A stretch of 29,282 nt of DNA, from contig CAYJVY010000003.1 of the NCBI GenBank assembly GCA_964373795.1, forward strand, positions 1 through 29,282, read 5' to 3'. A program made the translations under genes and the position numbers. Within the stretch, counting starts at the first letter, position 1. Each line of letters opens with the position of its first letter. The notes beneath the pieces are model-generated. The model made no database searches. It was not told where the DNA came from and saw only the letters and a list, made by a program, of their open reading frames with translations. Shown here piece after piece: positions 1 through 7,160 of the stretch. The DNA comes from an uncultured archaeon. GTDB taxonomy: Archaea > Iainarchaeota > Iainarchaeia > Iainarchaeales > DATDZZ01.

Positions 1-2936
1 TTTCTGATTTCATTTATGAAATTCCTGTTACTGAAAAAAAAGGAATGCAAGTACCTGCAAGAATTTATTCTTCTCCAAAACTATTCAATGAATTGGATGA
101 AGGTGTATTCAATCAAATAACAAATGTTGCAACTCTTTCAGGAATTCAAGAGTATGCTTTTTGCATGCCAGATGGGCATTGGGGATATGGATTTCCAATT
201 GGGGGAGTGGCAGCTTTTGATCGAAAGGAAGGAATAATTTCTCCTGGCGGAATTGGTTTTGACATAAATTGCCTTTCAGGGAACACAAAAATTTTGCATG
301 AATTTGGTTACTTTAAAGAAATATCTGAATTTGATGAAGACTGGCAACAACAAAGCATTAAATGCTTGGATGTTGGAAAGAAACTGGAAAGCACTAAAAT
401 CGTTAGATTTATTAAAACAAAACCAAAAAACAAAGTTTATAAGTTAAAAACTGAAACAGGAAAAGAAATTGTTGTTACAGCAGAACACCCTGTTTTGACG
501 CCAATTGGGATGTTTGAGTCTGAAAAAATATACATAGATGATTTGGTGGCAATAAATTCCTTTGAAGGAATTAAGTTCGAGAATCCTTCAGAGGAAATCT
601 TAGTTTCTGAAACAGATTTAAAAAAAATTTATCCAGGAAGCAAAAAAGGATTTTATCAAATAACCAAATTTTTAAAAGAGAAAAATTTACTTCCATTAAA
701 AATGAACAATCCAAATATGCCTTATCTGATAAAAATAATGGGATTTATTCAAGGAAATGGAAATTTAGGTTTTCTTAAAAAAAATCCAACAGCAACAAAT
801 ATTTCATTTTATGGAAAAGAAGAAGACTTAAAATTAATAAAAAAAGACTTTGAGAAATTAGGTTTTGGTTTATCCTTATTCAGTAGGCATAGAAAACATT
901 CTATTCAAACATCTTATGACTTAATTGAATTTGAAGCAATGAAACATTCTGCACACAGCAGTTCATCTGCTTTAGGATTTTTATTAAAGGCGTTGGGTGT
1001 TGTTGTAGGAAATAAAGTTGAAAAAGAGTTTGAGATTCCAAAATGGTTATTTAACTCTCCTTTGTGGATGAAAAGGCTTTTTTTGGCAGCTTTTTTTGGA
1101 GCAGAGTTAAGCAGTCCTAAAATTCTGACTGGACACAAGTTTACTTTTTACTTCCCAACTCTTTCAATGAATAAAAGAAAAGAGTTAGTTCTAAATGCAA
1201 GAATTTTTTTAAATCAAATAAAAAAACTTTTAGCAGAATTCGAAGTTGAAAGTAACTTAATTGTTGAAAGAAAAGAATTTGTCAATAAACATGGGAAGAT
1301 TTCAATTAGATTGCGTTTACAGGTTAGTGAAACAAATGAAAATTTGATTAAATTTTACTCAACTATTGGTTTTGAATATAATTTGAGAAAGCAGTTTTTA
1401 GGAAATTTAGCTGTCCATTACTTAAAAATAAAAGAAAATGTTTTGAATGAAAGAAATCAAAGTATTGAAAAAACTGTTTCTATGTATCAGTCTGGAATGA
1501 AGTTAAAACAAATTGTGAAAGAAGTAGGTTCAGGAAATATTAATGAAAGATTTATTGCAAGAAGTTTATGGCAAGGTAGAAAAACTTCTCCTAGGATTGC
1601 TTTCAACTTTGATTCATTTAATGAATTTGTAAAAAATAGAACAATTGGTTTAGGAGAAGTTGGCCAAAGTTGGGACAAGATTATTTCAAAAGAAGAAATT
1701 CAATTTAATGATTTTGTTTATGATTTTACAGTTGAAAATTCAAATCACAATTTTATTGCAAATTCTATTGTATCAAGTAATTGTGGGATGAGGCTTTTAA
1801 CTACAAATCTTTCATTTAAAGAAGTTCAACCAAAATTGCATGAATTAGTTAATGAATTGTTTGAAAGAGTTCCAGTTGGAGTTGGAAGAAAAGGCTTTGT
1901 AAAATTAAGTTCTAAAGATTTTGATGAATTAATGGTTGACGGAGTTAAATGGTGTGTTGAAAAAAGTCTTGCATGGCAAGAAGATGTAAAAGCAACTGAA
2001 TCTCATGGAGCAATTCCTTTAGCTAATTCTGAAAAAGTTTCACAAAAAGCAAAGCTTAGAGGAATAGATCAGCTTGGCACTCTAGGATCTGGAAATCATT
2101 ATTTAGAAATTCAAGTAGTTAAAAAAGAAAACATTTTCGACGAAGAAATTGCCAAGGCATTTGGAATTTTTCCAGAACAAATAGTTGTAATGCTTCATTG
2201 TGGCTCGCGCGGATTTGGTCATCAAATTGCTTCAGAGTATTTAGATAAATTTCTTTCAGTAATGCCTTCATATGGAATTAAAATTCCAGATCCTCAGCTT
2301 GCTTGCGCGCCATTCGAGTCAAAAGAAGGACAAGATTATTTTCAAGCAATGGCTTGCGCTGCAAACATGGCTTTTGCTAATCGTCAAGTAATTGCGCATA
2401 GAATTAGGGAAGTTTTTTCAAAAGTATTTCACAAATCTGCTGAAGAATTGGAAATGAATTTAGTGTACGATGTAGCTCATAATATTGCAAAACTAGAGAA
2501 ACATAAAATTAAAGGCCAAGTAAAAGAATTAATTGTTCACAGAAAAGGAGCAACTAGAAGTTTTCCTCCAGCACATGAAGAGTTATGGGGAAAGTATAAT
2601 TCTTTTGGACAGCCAGTAATAATTGGTGGTTCAATGGAGACAGGTTCTTATTTGCTTGTAGGAACTGAAAGTGCTTCGCAAACCTTTTACTCTACTGCTC
2701 ATGGATCTGGGAGAACAATGAGTAGAGTGAAAGCAAAAAAACTAGTTGAAGGAAAAAAACTTCAAAAAGAAATGGAGAGAAAAGGAATTTTTGTTAAAAC
2801 AGTTTCTTATTCAGGGTTAGCAGAAGAAGCAGGTTTGGCTTACAAAGATATTAATGAAGTAATTGAAGCAGTTCACGAGGCAGGTTTAAGTAAAAAAGTT
2901 GTTTCATTTAAACCAATTGGAAACATTAAAGGCTGA
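1..2936 (+). CDS. rtcB: RNA-splicing ligase RtcB (tRNA ligase), 5'-partial, interrupted by one intein
   Basis: RtcB hallmarks are present in the ORF-track protein: MPDGHWGYGFPIGGV, GGIGFDIN|C..GMRLL, GSGNHYLE, HCGSRGFGH, AHGSGR. The frame stays open upstream of the listed Met to base 3 (SDFIYEIPVTEKKG), and this resembles the conserved RtcB N-terminal region, so the true start lies outside the window. Confidence 0.93.
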   Translation, partial: SDFIYEIPVTEKKGMQVPARIYSSPKLFNELDEGVFNQITNVATLSGIQEYAFCMPDGHWGYGFPIGGVAAFDRKEGIISPGGIGFDINCLSGNTKILHEFGYFKEISEFDEDWQQQSIKCLDVGKKLESTKIVRFIKTKPKNKVYKLKTETGKEIVVTAEHPVLTPIGMFESEKIYIDDLVAINSFEGIKFENPSEEILVSETDLKKIYPGSKKGFYQITKFLKEKNLLPLKMNNPNMPYLIKIMGFIQGNGNLGFLKKNPTATNISFYGKEEDLKLIKKDFEKLGFGLSLFSRHRKHSIQTSYDLIEFEAMKHSAHSSSSALGFLLKALGVVVGNKVEKEFEIPKWLFNSPLWMKRLFLAAFFGAELSSPKILTGHKFTFYFPTLSMNKRKELVLNARIFLNQIKKLLAEFEVESNLIVERKEFVNKHGKISIRLRLQVSETNENLIKFYSTIGFEYNLRKQFLGNLAVHYLKIKENVLNERNQSIEKTVSMYQSGMKLKQIVKEVGSGNINERFIARSLWQGRKTSPRIAFNFDSFNEFVKNRTIGLGEVGQSWDKIISKEEIQFNDFVYDFTVENSNHNFIANSIVSSNCGMRLLTTNLSFKEVQPKLHELVNELFERVPVGVGRKGFVKLSSKDFDELMVDGVKWCVEKSLAWQEDVKATESHGAIPLANSEKVSQKAKLRGIDQLGTLGSGNHYLEIQVVKKENIFDEEIAKAFGIFPEQIVVMLHCGSRGFGHQIASEYLDKFLSVMPSYGIKIPDPQLACAPFESKEGQDYFQAMACAANMAFANRQVIAHRIREVFSKVFHKSAEELEMNLVYDVAHNIAKLEKHKIKGQVKELIVHRKGATRSFPPAHEELWGKYNSFGQPVIIGGSMETGSYLLVGTESASQTFYSTAHGSGRTMSRVKAKKLVEGKKLQKEMERKGIFVKTVSYSGLAEEAGLAYKDINEVIEAVHEAGLSKKVVSFKPIGNIKG
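270..1781 (+). mobile_element. Intein (504 aa) with a LAGLIDADG-type homing-endonuclease domain, inserted at the RtcB DIN/C active-site motif
   Basis: Block A is CLSGNTKIL (Cys1 at 270-272). Block B is TAEH (477-488). The LAGLIDADG-like motifs are IMGFIQGNGNL (about 735-767) and LFLAAFFGAELS (1077-1112). Block F/G is VYDFTVENSNHNFIANSIVSSN, ending at 1781, followed by +1 Cys (1782-1784). Excision restores the contiguous motif GFDIN-CGMRLL. Confidence 0.9.
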
Positions 2937-2956
2937 AGAAAAGCTTATTTAAATAA

Positions 2957-2962
2957 TTTTTT
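2957..2962 (+). terminator. Oligo-T tract downstream of rtcB (candidate archaeal terminator)
   Basis: A T6 run lies 21 nt after the rtcB stop. Archaeal termination uses oligo-T signals. Confidence 0.3.
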
Positions 2963-2967
2963 ATTCC

Positions 2968-2975
2968 TTATATAA
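2968..2975 (+). promoter_or_regulatory. TATA-like box upstream of the Rieske gene
   Basis: TTATATAA would place a transcription start near 2998, just before the 3x13-bp repeat leader. A second box, AAGCTTATTTAAATA, lies at 2941-2955. Confidence 0.3.
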
Positions 2976-3003
2976 TAATAATTAAATGAATTAATTGTTT
3001 TAG

Positions 3004-3042
3004 GGAGTTGTTTTAAGGAATTGTTTTAAGGAGTTGATTTAA
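3004..3042. repeat. Three tandem 13-bp copies of an SD-containing leader unit, running into the start codon
   Basis: The copies are GGAGTTGTTTTAA (3004-3016), GGAATTGTTTTAA (3017-3029) and GGAGTTGATTTAA (3030-3042). The last A is the A of the ATG at 3042. Confidence 0.9.
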
Positions 3043-3344
3043 TGGCTAAACATGTTTTAGGAAGCAAGAATGATTTTCCTGAAGGACAAGGAAAAGTAGT
3101 GGAAGCAGGAGGAAAAACTTTAGCAGTATTTAATGCTGGAGGAAAGTTTTACGCAATAGATAATGCTTGCTTGCATCAAGGCGGGCCTTTAGGAGAAGGA
3201 AAATTAGAAGACAAAGTAGTTACTTGTCCTTGGCATGGATGGAGATTTAATGTTGAAACAGGGGTTTCCCCAGTTAATCCTTCATTCAAGGTTGCAACTT
3301 ATAAAACAAAACTTGAAGGAGACAAATTAGTAGTGGAGTTTTAA
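3042..3344 (+). CDS. Small stand-alone Rieske [2Fe-2S] domain protein (NirD/Rieske-ferredoxin-like)
   Basis: The Rieske ligand motif is CLH-x16-CPWH (CLHQGGPLGEGKLEDKVVTCPWHGWRF). The 100-aa size is typical of single-domain Rieske ferredoxins. Confidence 0.85.
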   Translation: MAKHVLGSKNDFPEGQGKVVEAGGKTLAVFNAGGKFYAIDNACLHQGGPLGEGKLEDKVVTCPWHGWRFNVETGVSPVNPSFKVATYKTKLEGDKLVVEF

Positions 3345-3375
3345 TTTTCTTTCATTAAATTTCGTGTTTTTAATG

Positions 3376-3392
3376 AAAAAGCTTAAATATAA
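3376..3392 (+). promoter_or_regulatory. BRE/TATA-like promoter for the vapBC pair
   Basis: AAAAAGCTTAAATATAA has its TATA centre about 33 nt upstream of the vapB ATG. The same AAGCTT+TAAATA architecture occurs at 2941-2955 and 9844-9857. Confidence 0.4.
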
Positions 3393-3419
3393 TGAAAGAC
3401 ATTATTTATTAGTGATAAA

Positions 3420-3662
3420 ATGTCTATACAAGTAGCTGAGATTAGGCTCTCGAAAGGTTTTCAATTTACTTTGCCTGTAGAAAGCAGAAAAAAACATGGA
3501 TTAAAACCAGGGAATAAAATACGGGTAATTGATATGGATAATGAAATAATTTTGAAGCCAAAAACCAAGAAAAATTTAAAGGAATTGGAAGGAATTTTTA
3601 AAAGCAAAAAAAAATTCGATGTCGTAAAAGAACACGATCTTATTATTTCTGGTTTTGATTAG
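3420..3662 (+). CDS. vapB: AbrB/SpoVT (MazE-like) family antitoxin, VapB-type
   Basis: The N-terminal swapped-hairpin motif is IRLSKGFQFTLPVESRKKHGLKPGNKIRV. The 80-aa protein lies immediately upstream of a PIN-domain gene. Confidence 0.75.
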   Translation: MSIQVAEIRLSKGFQFTLPVESRKKHGLKPGNKIRVIDMDNEIILKPKTKKNLKELEGIFKSKKKFDVVKEHDLIISGFD

Positions 3663-3694
3663 TTGAGGGTAACCTATTTTTTTGGAGAAATTAC

Positions 3695-4102
3695 ATGCCT
3701 TTTGTTGATACAAATGTTTTATTTTCTTATTTTGATAAAAATGAAAAAAACCATTTTAAAGCCAGAAAAATAATAAGGTTAATTGATGATAATTCAAAAC
3801 ATACTTATTTTTACTCTGACTATGTTTTCGACGAAATTTTGACGTTAGTTAGAAAGCGCCAAGGAGTTAATGTTTCTAACAGGGTTTTAGATGTCTTAAT
3901 AGATTCTAATCTAAAATTATTGAAATTAAATGAAGCACATTTAAATGTTGCATTAGAAATTTTTAGAAAATATGGCGGATTAAGTTTTACTGATTCAACT
4001 ATTGTTGCCTTGATGCTTGATAAAGAAATTAAAGAAATCTACTCATTTGATAAAGGCTTTGATTCTATTCCAAAAATAATTAGATTAGAAGAACCTCTTT
4101 AA
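3695..4102 (+). CDS. vapC: PIN-domain ribonuclease toxin, VapC-type
   Basis: The four PIN acidic residues sit in their expected contexts: D5 (FVDTNV), E47 (VFDEILT), D100 (FTDSTIVA) and D119 (YSFDKGF). The 135-aa protein is paired with an AbrB-type antitoxin. Confidence 0.85.
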   Translation: MPFVDTNVLFSYFDKNEKNHFKARKIIRLIDDNSKHTYFYSDYVFDEILTLVRKRQGVNVSNRVLDVLIDSNLKLLKLNEAHLNVALEIFRKYGGLSFTDSTIVALMLDKEIKEIYSFDKGFDSIPKIIRLEEPL

Positions 4103-4161
4103 AGATTTTTAAAAAGCAAGGAAACTTAAATCCGGATAAGACAAAAGCTAATCAAATAGAA

Positions 4162-4172
4162 ATATTTAAATA
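4162..4172 (+). promoter_or_regulatory. TATA-like box upstream of the lipoprotein/surface-protein genes
   Basis: ATATTTAAATA lies about 35-40 nt upstream of the ATG at 4206. Confidence 0.35.
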
Positions 4173-4205
4173 AGATTTGTGTTTAATTAATAAAGATTGA
4201 TTGGC

Positions 4206-4433
4206 ATGGATTTCAAAACATTGTTTATAGTTTTAGTTATTGCTTTACTGCTTTCTGGTTGTATTGTAAAACCTGTCCCGCCAACTGATGGCGATAAAAA
4301 TGTGGATAAATCAAAAGATGATTCTGGAGGAAAAGTTCAACCAACAACAGTTACAGCAGAGCCTTTAATTGATTTAAAAAATCCTCCAAAATCTAAAGGA
4401 GATGAAGCTCCGCCTTCTTTGCCTGGAAAATAA
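4206..4433 (+). CDS. Small putative lipoprotein (lipobox LLSGC) with a Pro/Lys/Asp-rich disordered tail
   Basis: MDFKTLFIVLVIALLLSGC is a signal peptide followed by a lipobox Cys. I prefer the ATG at 4206 to the track's TTG at 4197. The rest of the protein is low complexity. Confidence 0.55.
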   Translation: MDFKTLFIVLVIALLLSGCIVKPVPPTDGDKNVDKSKDDSGGKVQPTTVTAEPLIDLKNPPKSKGDEAPPSLPGK

Positions 4434-4457
4434 GGTGAAAATTTAAGGTGAAAATTA
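4432..4457. repeat. Two tandem 13-bp copies of the SD-containing leader unit upstream of the 850-aa gene
   Basis: The copies are AAGGTGAAAATTT (4432-4444) and AAGGTGAAAATTA (4445-4457). The ATG is at 4459. Confidence 0.9.
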
Positions 4458-4458
4458 A

Positions 4459-7011
4459 ATGAAAAAACTTTTACTTATATTATTTTTTGCAATTTTGTTT
4501 TCCTCAATTTCTTTAGCTGCAACTAATGCTATTGCAAATTCAACTGGTTCAGTTGAAGTAACAGTAAAAGATGTGGGCCCGGAAGCAATTAAAGGATCTG
4601 AAAGAGTTTATGGTTGTGAAAAATATGATGAACTTGTTTCAGTAAAAGTTGAAGCAATGAAAGCAATTATTTTAGATCCTTCTAAAACAAAACTTTCTCT
4701 AGAACAAGTTGAAAAAGCAGTTTTAGCTGAAATGGGCGTGCCTTTCAAAGATTTAGAAGTAAAATTGCATTATACTTCTGAAAAAGATAAAGAAGATAAA
4801 TGGCATGGAGAAGTTTACTTCAAAGAAGCTAAAGGATATATTTTTGATTCAACTGCAACAACTCCTACTGGAAACTTGCCAAATAATGCAGTAGGTGAAT
4901 TTAAGTTTAAGATTCCAGTTAAAGCAGTTGAAGTACATGATTCAACTAAAGAATGTCCAAAGCCCCCTGCTAAACCAAAGTTTGACGTTATTGATGAATT
5001 AACTAAGAAATTGCTTGAAATAATTTTATGGCTTCAATTTTTGAAAGGAAAATGGGTTTTAATTCATCCTCCAATGATTTATTCATTGCCTTCAGAGTAT
5101 TATCCAAATGTTTGCACTGAAGCAGATATTCAAGCAGTTTATGCATTAAATCCTTTAACTCAAGAATACTTGTTATTGGATTCAGATGAAGCAAAAGAAT
5201 TGCTTTCAGAATATCCTTATTTAGCTAATCAAAGCGCTGTATGGATTAAGTTTTCAAGGGATTGTTCTCTTCCAATTGCAGCAAAAACAGAGTTAAGCTT
5301 GCAAGAATCAACTTTATTCCCTGGATACAATTTGTTAGGAGTTACTCCTGATGTTGAAGGAAAAACTTTAAAAGAATTTAAAGGAGACTGTGAATTACTT
5401 GGAGCTTATGCATTCAATCAATATGAAAATGAATGGCAAGATGTTTTAGAAGAAAAACTTTCCAATGAATTAGTTGGACAAGGAATAGTTGTTTATGCAG
5501 CAAATGAAAAAGCTTGTCAATTCAGTAAAGCAAACCTATCTGATTTACCTCCAGCTCTTCCCCCAATCGGTAAAGTAAAAGACAAAGTTGAAGTAACTGT
5601 TAAAGTAATTGGATATCCATTGCCTCAAGAAGCAACTGGCCCTAAGCCTTTAAGCGATGCAAGACTAAATGTATTTTCAGATGGAGAGTTACTATATGAA
5701 GGATTAACAAATGAAACTGGAAAGTATTCTTTTACTTTATTGAAAGGACAAAAATTTTACGTTGATGCATTTAAAGAAGGTTTTACTGTAGGAGGAACTC
5801 CAACTCTTGTAGCAGGAGAAGATTCTCCAGAGTTATCAATTGATTTGTATAGAAAAGGAGACCTTGAAGAAACTGGAACAGTCAAAGTACTTGTTTACGA
5901 TGCTTTAGGAAAAAATATTTTTGGAGCAGAAGTTGAAGCAATTCATATTAATTTCGAAGGAGAAGAAGTATTGGTTGGAATTGGTTCAACTGAAGGAGGT
6001 TCTGCTGTATTTGAAAACCTTGTTCCAGGAACTTATTTCTTTGATGTTTCATTTAAAGGATTAAGTGGATCTGTAAAGAAATATGTTGAACCAGGAGAAA
6101 GAGGTTATGCAGAAGTAACTCTTTATTCTGAAGAGGTTAAAAAAATTGTTTCAGGAAAATTACTTGTAAATGTTTTCGATGGTTCAACAGGCAAACAAGT
6201 TCCAGCATTTGTTGAAGTTTACGGAGATAATTATGCTGAGAAAAGTGGTGGAGCAACTTCAAGTGCTTCATTTGAATTGCCTGCAGGAAAGTACACTGTA
6301 TTAGTTCAAGCAAAAGGGTTTGATTCATTTAAATCATTTGTTGAAGTATTAGAAGAAAAAACAACTAGCGTTGATGCAAAACTTGCTCCATTAAAAGAAG
6401 TTCAACCACTGCCAACTACTCAGCCACAGCCAACCTCTGTTCTTGAATCAAAGGTTTTAGTAACAGTTTACGATGAATCTAAAAAGGTTGTTCCAGGAAT
6501 AACTGTTTCATTTGAAGTTCCAAATAGTGGTTTTTACGATAAGCAATCCTCAAATGAAAAAGGATATGTAGTATTTTATGTTAAAATGAAAAACAAATTA
6601 GAGAAAGTAGTTGTTACTGTAGATAATCCTTATGCTCAGCCTCCAAGTTCTACAAATGAATGGTTTGAATTACCTGCAGGAGAATCAACTCAATTGCAAT
6701 TCCAAGTAGCATCCAAAAAAGAAGTTCAACCTCTACCAGTTGAAACTGCTCCGAATACAGGAATATTTGAATTAGTTGTTTCAAATGAAAAAGGAAGTGT
6801 TTTAAGTAATGCATTTATAACTGTTTACGATTCAAAAGGAAACGGAGTTGTAAAAGGTGTTTCAAATAAAGAAGGAGTTTTCACTGAAAAATTGCTTCCA
6901 GATACTTATACTGTTTTAGTTCAACACGAATTATATTCAAGTTATAAAGGAAGTGTAAGCATAACTGCAAACAAAACTAATACTGTTCCAGTTAAACTAA
7001 TTTCAAAATAA
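4459..7011 (+). CDS. Secreted surface protein: signal peptide, about 340-aa Cys-containing N-terminal region of unknown family, then about five carboxypeptidase-regulatory-like (transthyretin/PEGA-like) beta-sandwich repeats
   Basis: The signal peptide is MKKLLLILFFAILFSSISLAA. Repeat signatures include G.YSFTLLKGQKFYV, PGTYFFDVSFKG, PAGKYTVLVQAKGF and LPDTYTVLVQHELY. KEVQPLP linkers occur twice (nt 6394-6407 and 6718-6731). Several N-x-S/T sequons are present, and there is no C-terminal anchor. Confidence 0.75.
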   Translation: MKKLLLILFFAILFSSISLAATNAIANSTGSVEVTVKDVGPEAIKGSERVYGCEKYDELVSVKVEAMKAIILDPSKTKLSLEQVEKAVLAEMGVPFKDLEVKLHYTSEKDKEDKWHGEVYFKEAKGYIFDSTATTPTGNLPNNAVGEFKFKIPVKAVEVHDSTKECPKPPAKPKFDVIDELTKKLLEIILWLQFLKGKWVLIHPPMIYSLPSEYYPNVCTEADIQAVYALNPLTQEYLLLDSDEAKELLSEYPYLANQSAVWIKFSRDCSLPIAAKTELSLQESTLFPGYNLLGVTPDVEGKTLKEFKGDCELLGAYAFNQYENEWQDVLEEKLSNELVGQGIVVYAANEKACQFSKANLSDLPPALPPIGKVKDKVEVTVKVIGYPLPQEATGPKPLSDARLNVFSDGELLYEGLTNETGKYSFTLLKGQKFYVDAFKEGFTVGGTPTLVAGEDSPELSIDLYRKGDLEETGTVKVLVYDALGKNIFGAEVEAIHINFEGEEVLVGIGSTEGGSAVFENLVPGTYFFDVSFKGLSGSVKKYVEPGERGYAEVTLYSEEVKKIVSGKLLVNVFDGSTGKQVPAFVEVYGDNYAEKSGGATSSASFELPAGKYTVLVQAKGFDSFKSFVEVLEEKTTSVDAKLAPLKEVQPLPTTQPQPTSVLESKVLVTVYDESKKVVPGITVSFEVPNSGFYDKQSSNEKGYVVFYVKMKNKLEKVVVTVDNPYAQPPSSTNEWFELPAGESTQLQFQVASKKEVQPLPVETAPNTGIFELVVSNEKGSVLSNAFITVYDSKGNGVVKGVSNKEGVFTEKLLPDTYTVLVQHELYSSYKGSVSITANKTNTVPVKLISK

Positions 7012-7130
7012 TTATCACTTTTTACTCTCAAACTTATTCCACTAATTTTGCTTGTTTCACTAATTTGTTTTATTTTAAGTGAACTTGCAAACATTTGATT
7101 GAATTCACTTCTTCACTGGAAAACGGAATA

Positions 7131-7138
7131 TTTAAATA
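7131..7138 (+). promoter_or_regulatory. TATA box positioned for a leaderless transcript starting at the ATG at 7161
   Basis: TTTAAATA is centred about 26-27 nt upstream of the ATG at 7161. There is no SD between them. Confidence 0.45.
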
Positions 7139-7160
7139 CTTGGGTTTCAGCAGTATATGT

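Noticed and set aside
3004-3042. The short tandem repeats at 3004, 4432, 9994 and 27778, considered as a possible CRISPR or mini-array.
   Set aside because: They have only 2-3 copies, a period of 10-14 bp and no spacers. They are direct tandem duplications, not repeat-spacer architecture.
1-4102. A functional link between RtcB (RNA repair) and the nearby VapC ribonuclease.
   Set aside because: RtcB is the housekeeping tRNA-splicing ligase in archaea. The genes are separated by an unrelated Rieske gene and separate promoter-like boxes. Adjacency alone is not evidence.
7095-7160. Upstream TTG/GTG extensions proposed by the ORF track. They occur here and at 4197, 9361, 9588, 13485, 13971, 15670, 16933, 18779, 26836 and 27778.
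   Set aside because: In each case an in-frame ATG lies a few codons downstream. That ATG has a better SD spacing, a stop-start overlap, or TATA spacing consistent with a leaderless start. The extra residues also do not match the family N-termini.
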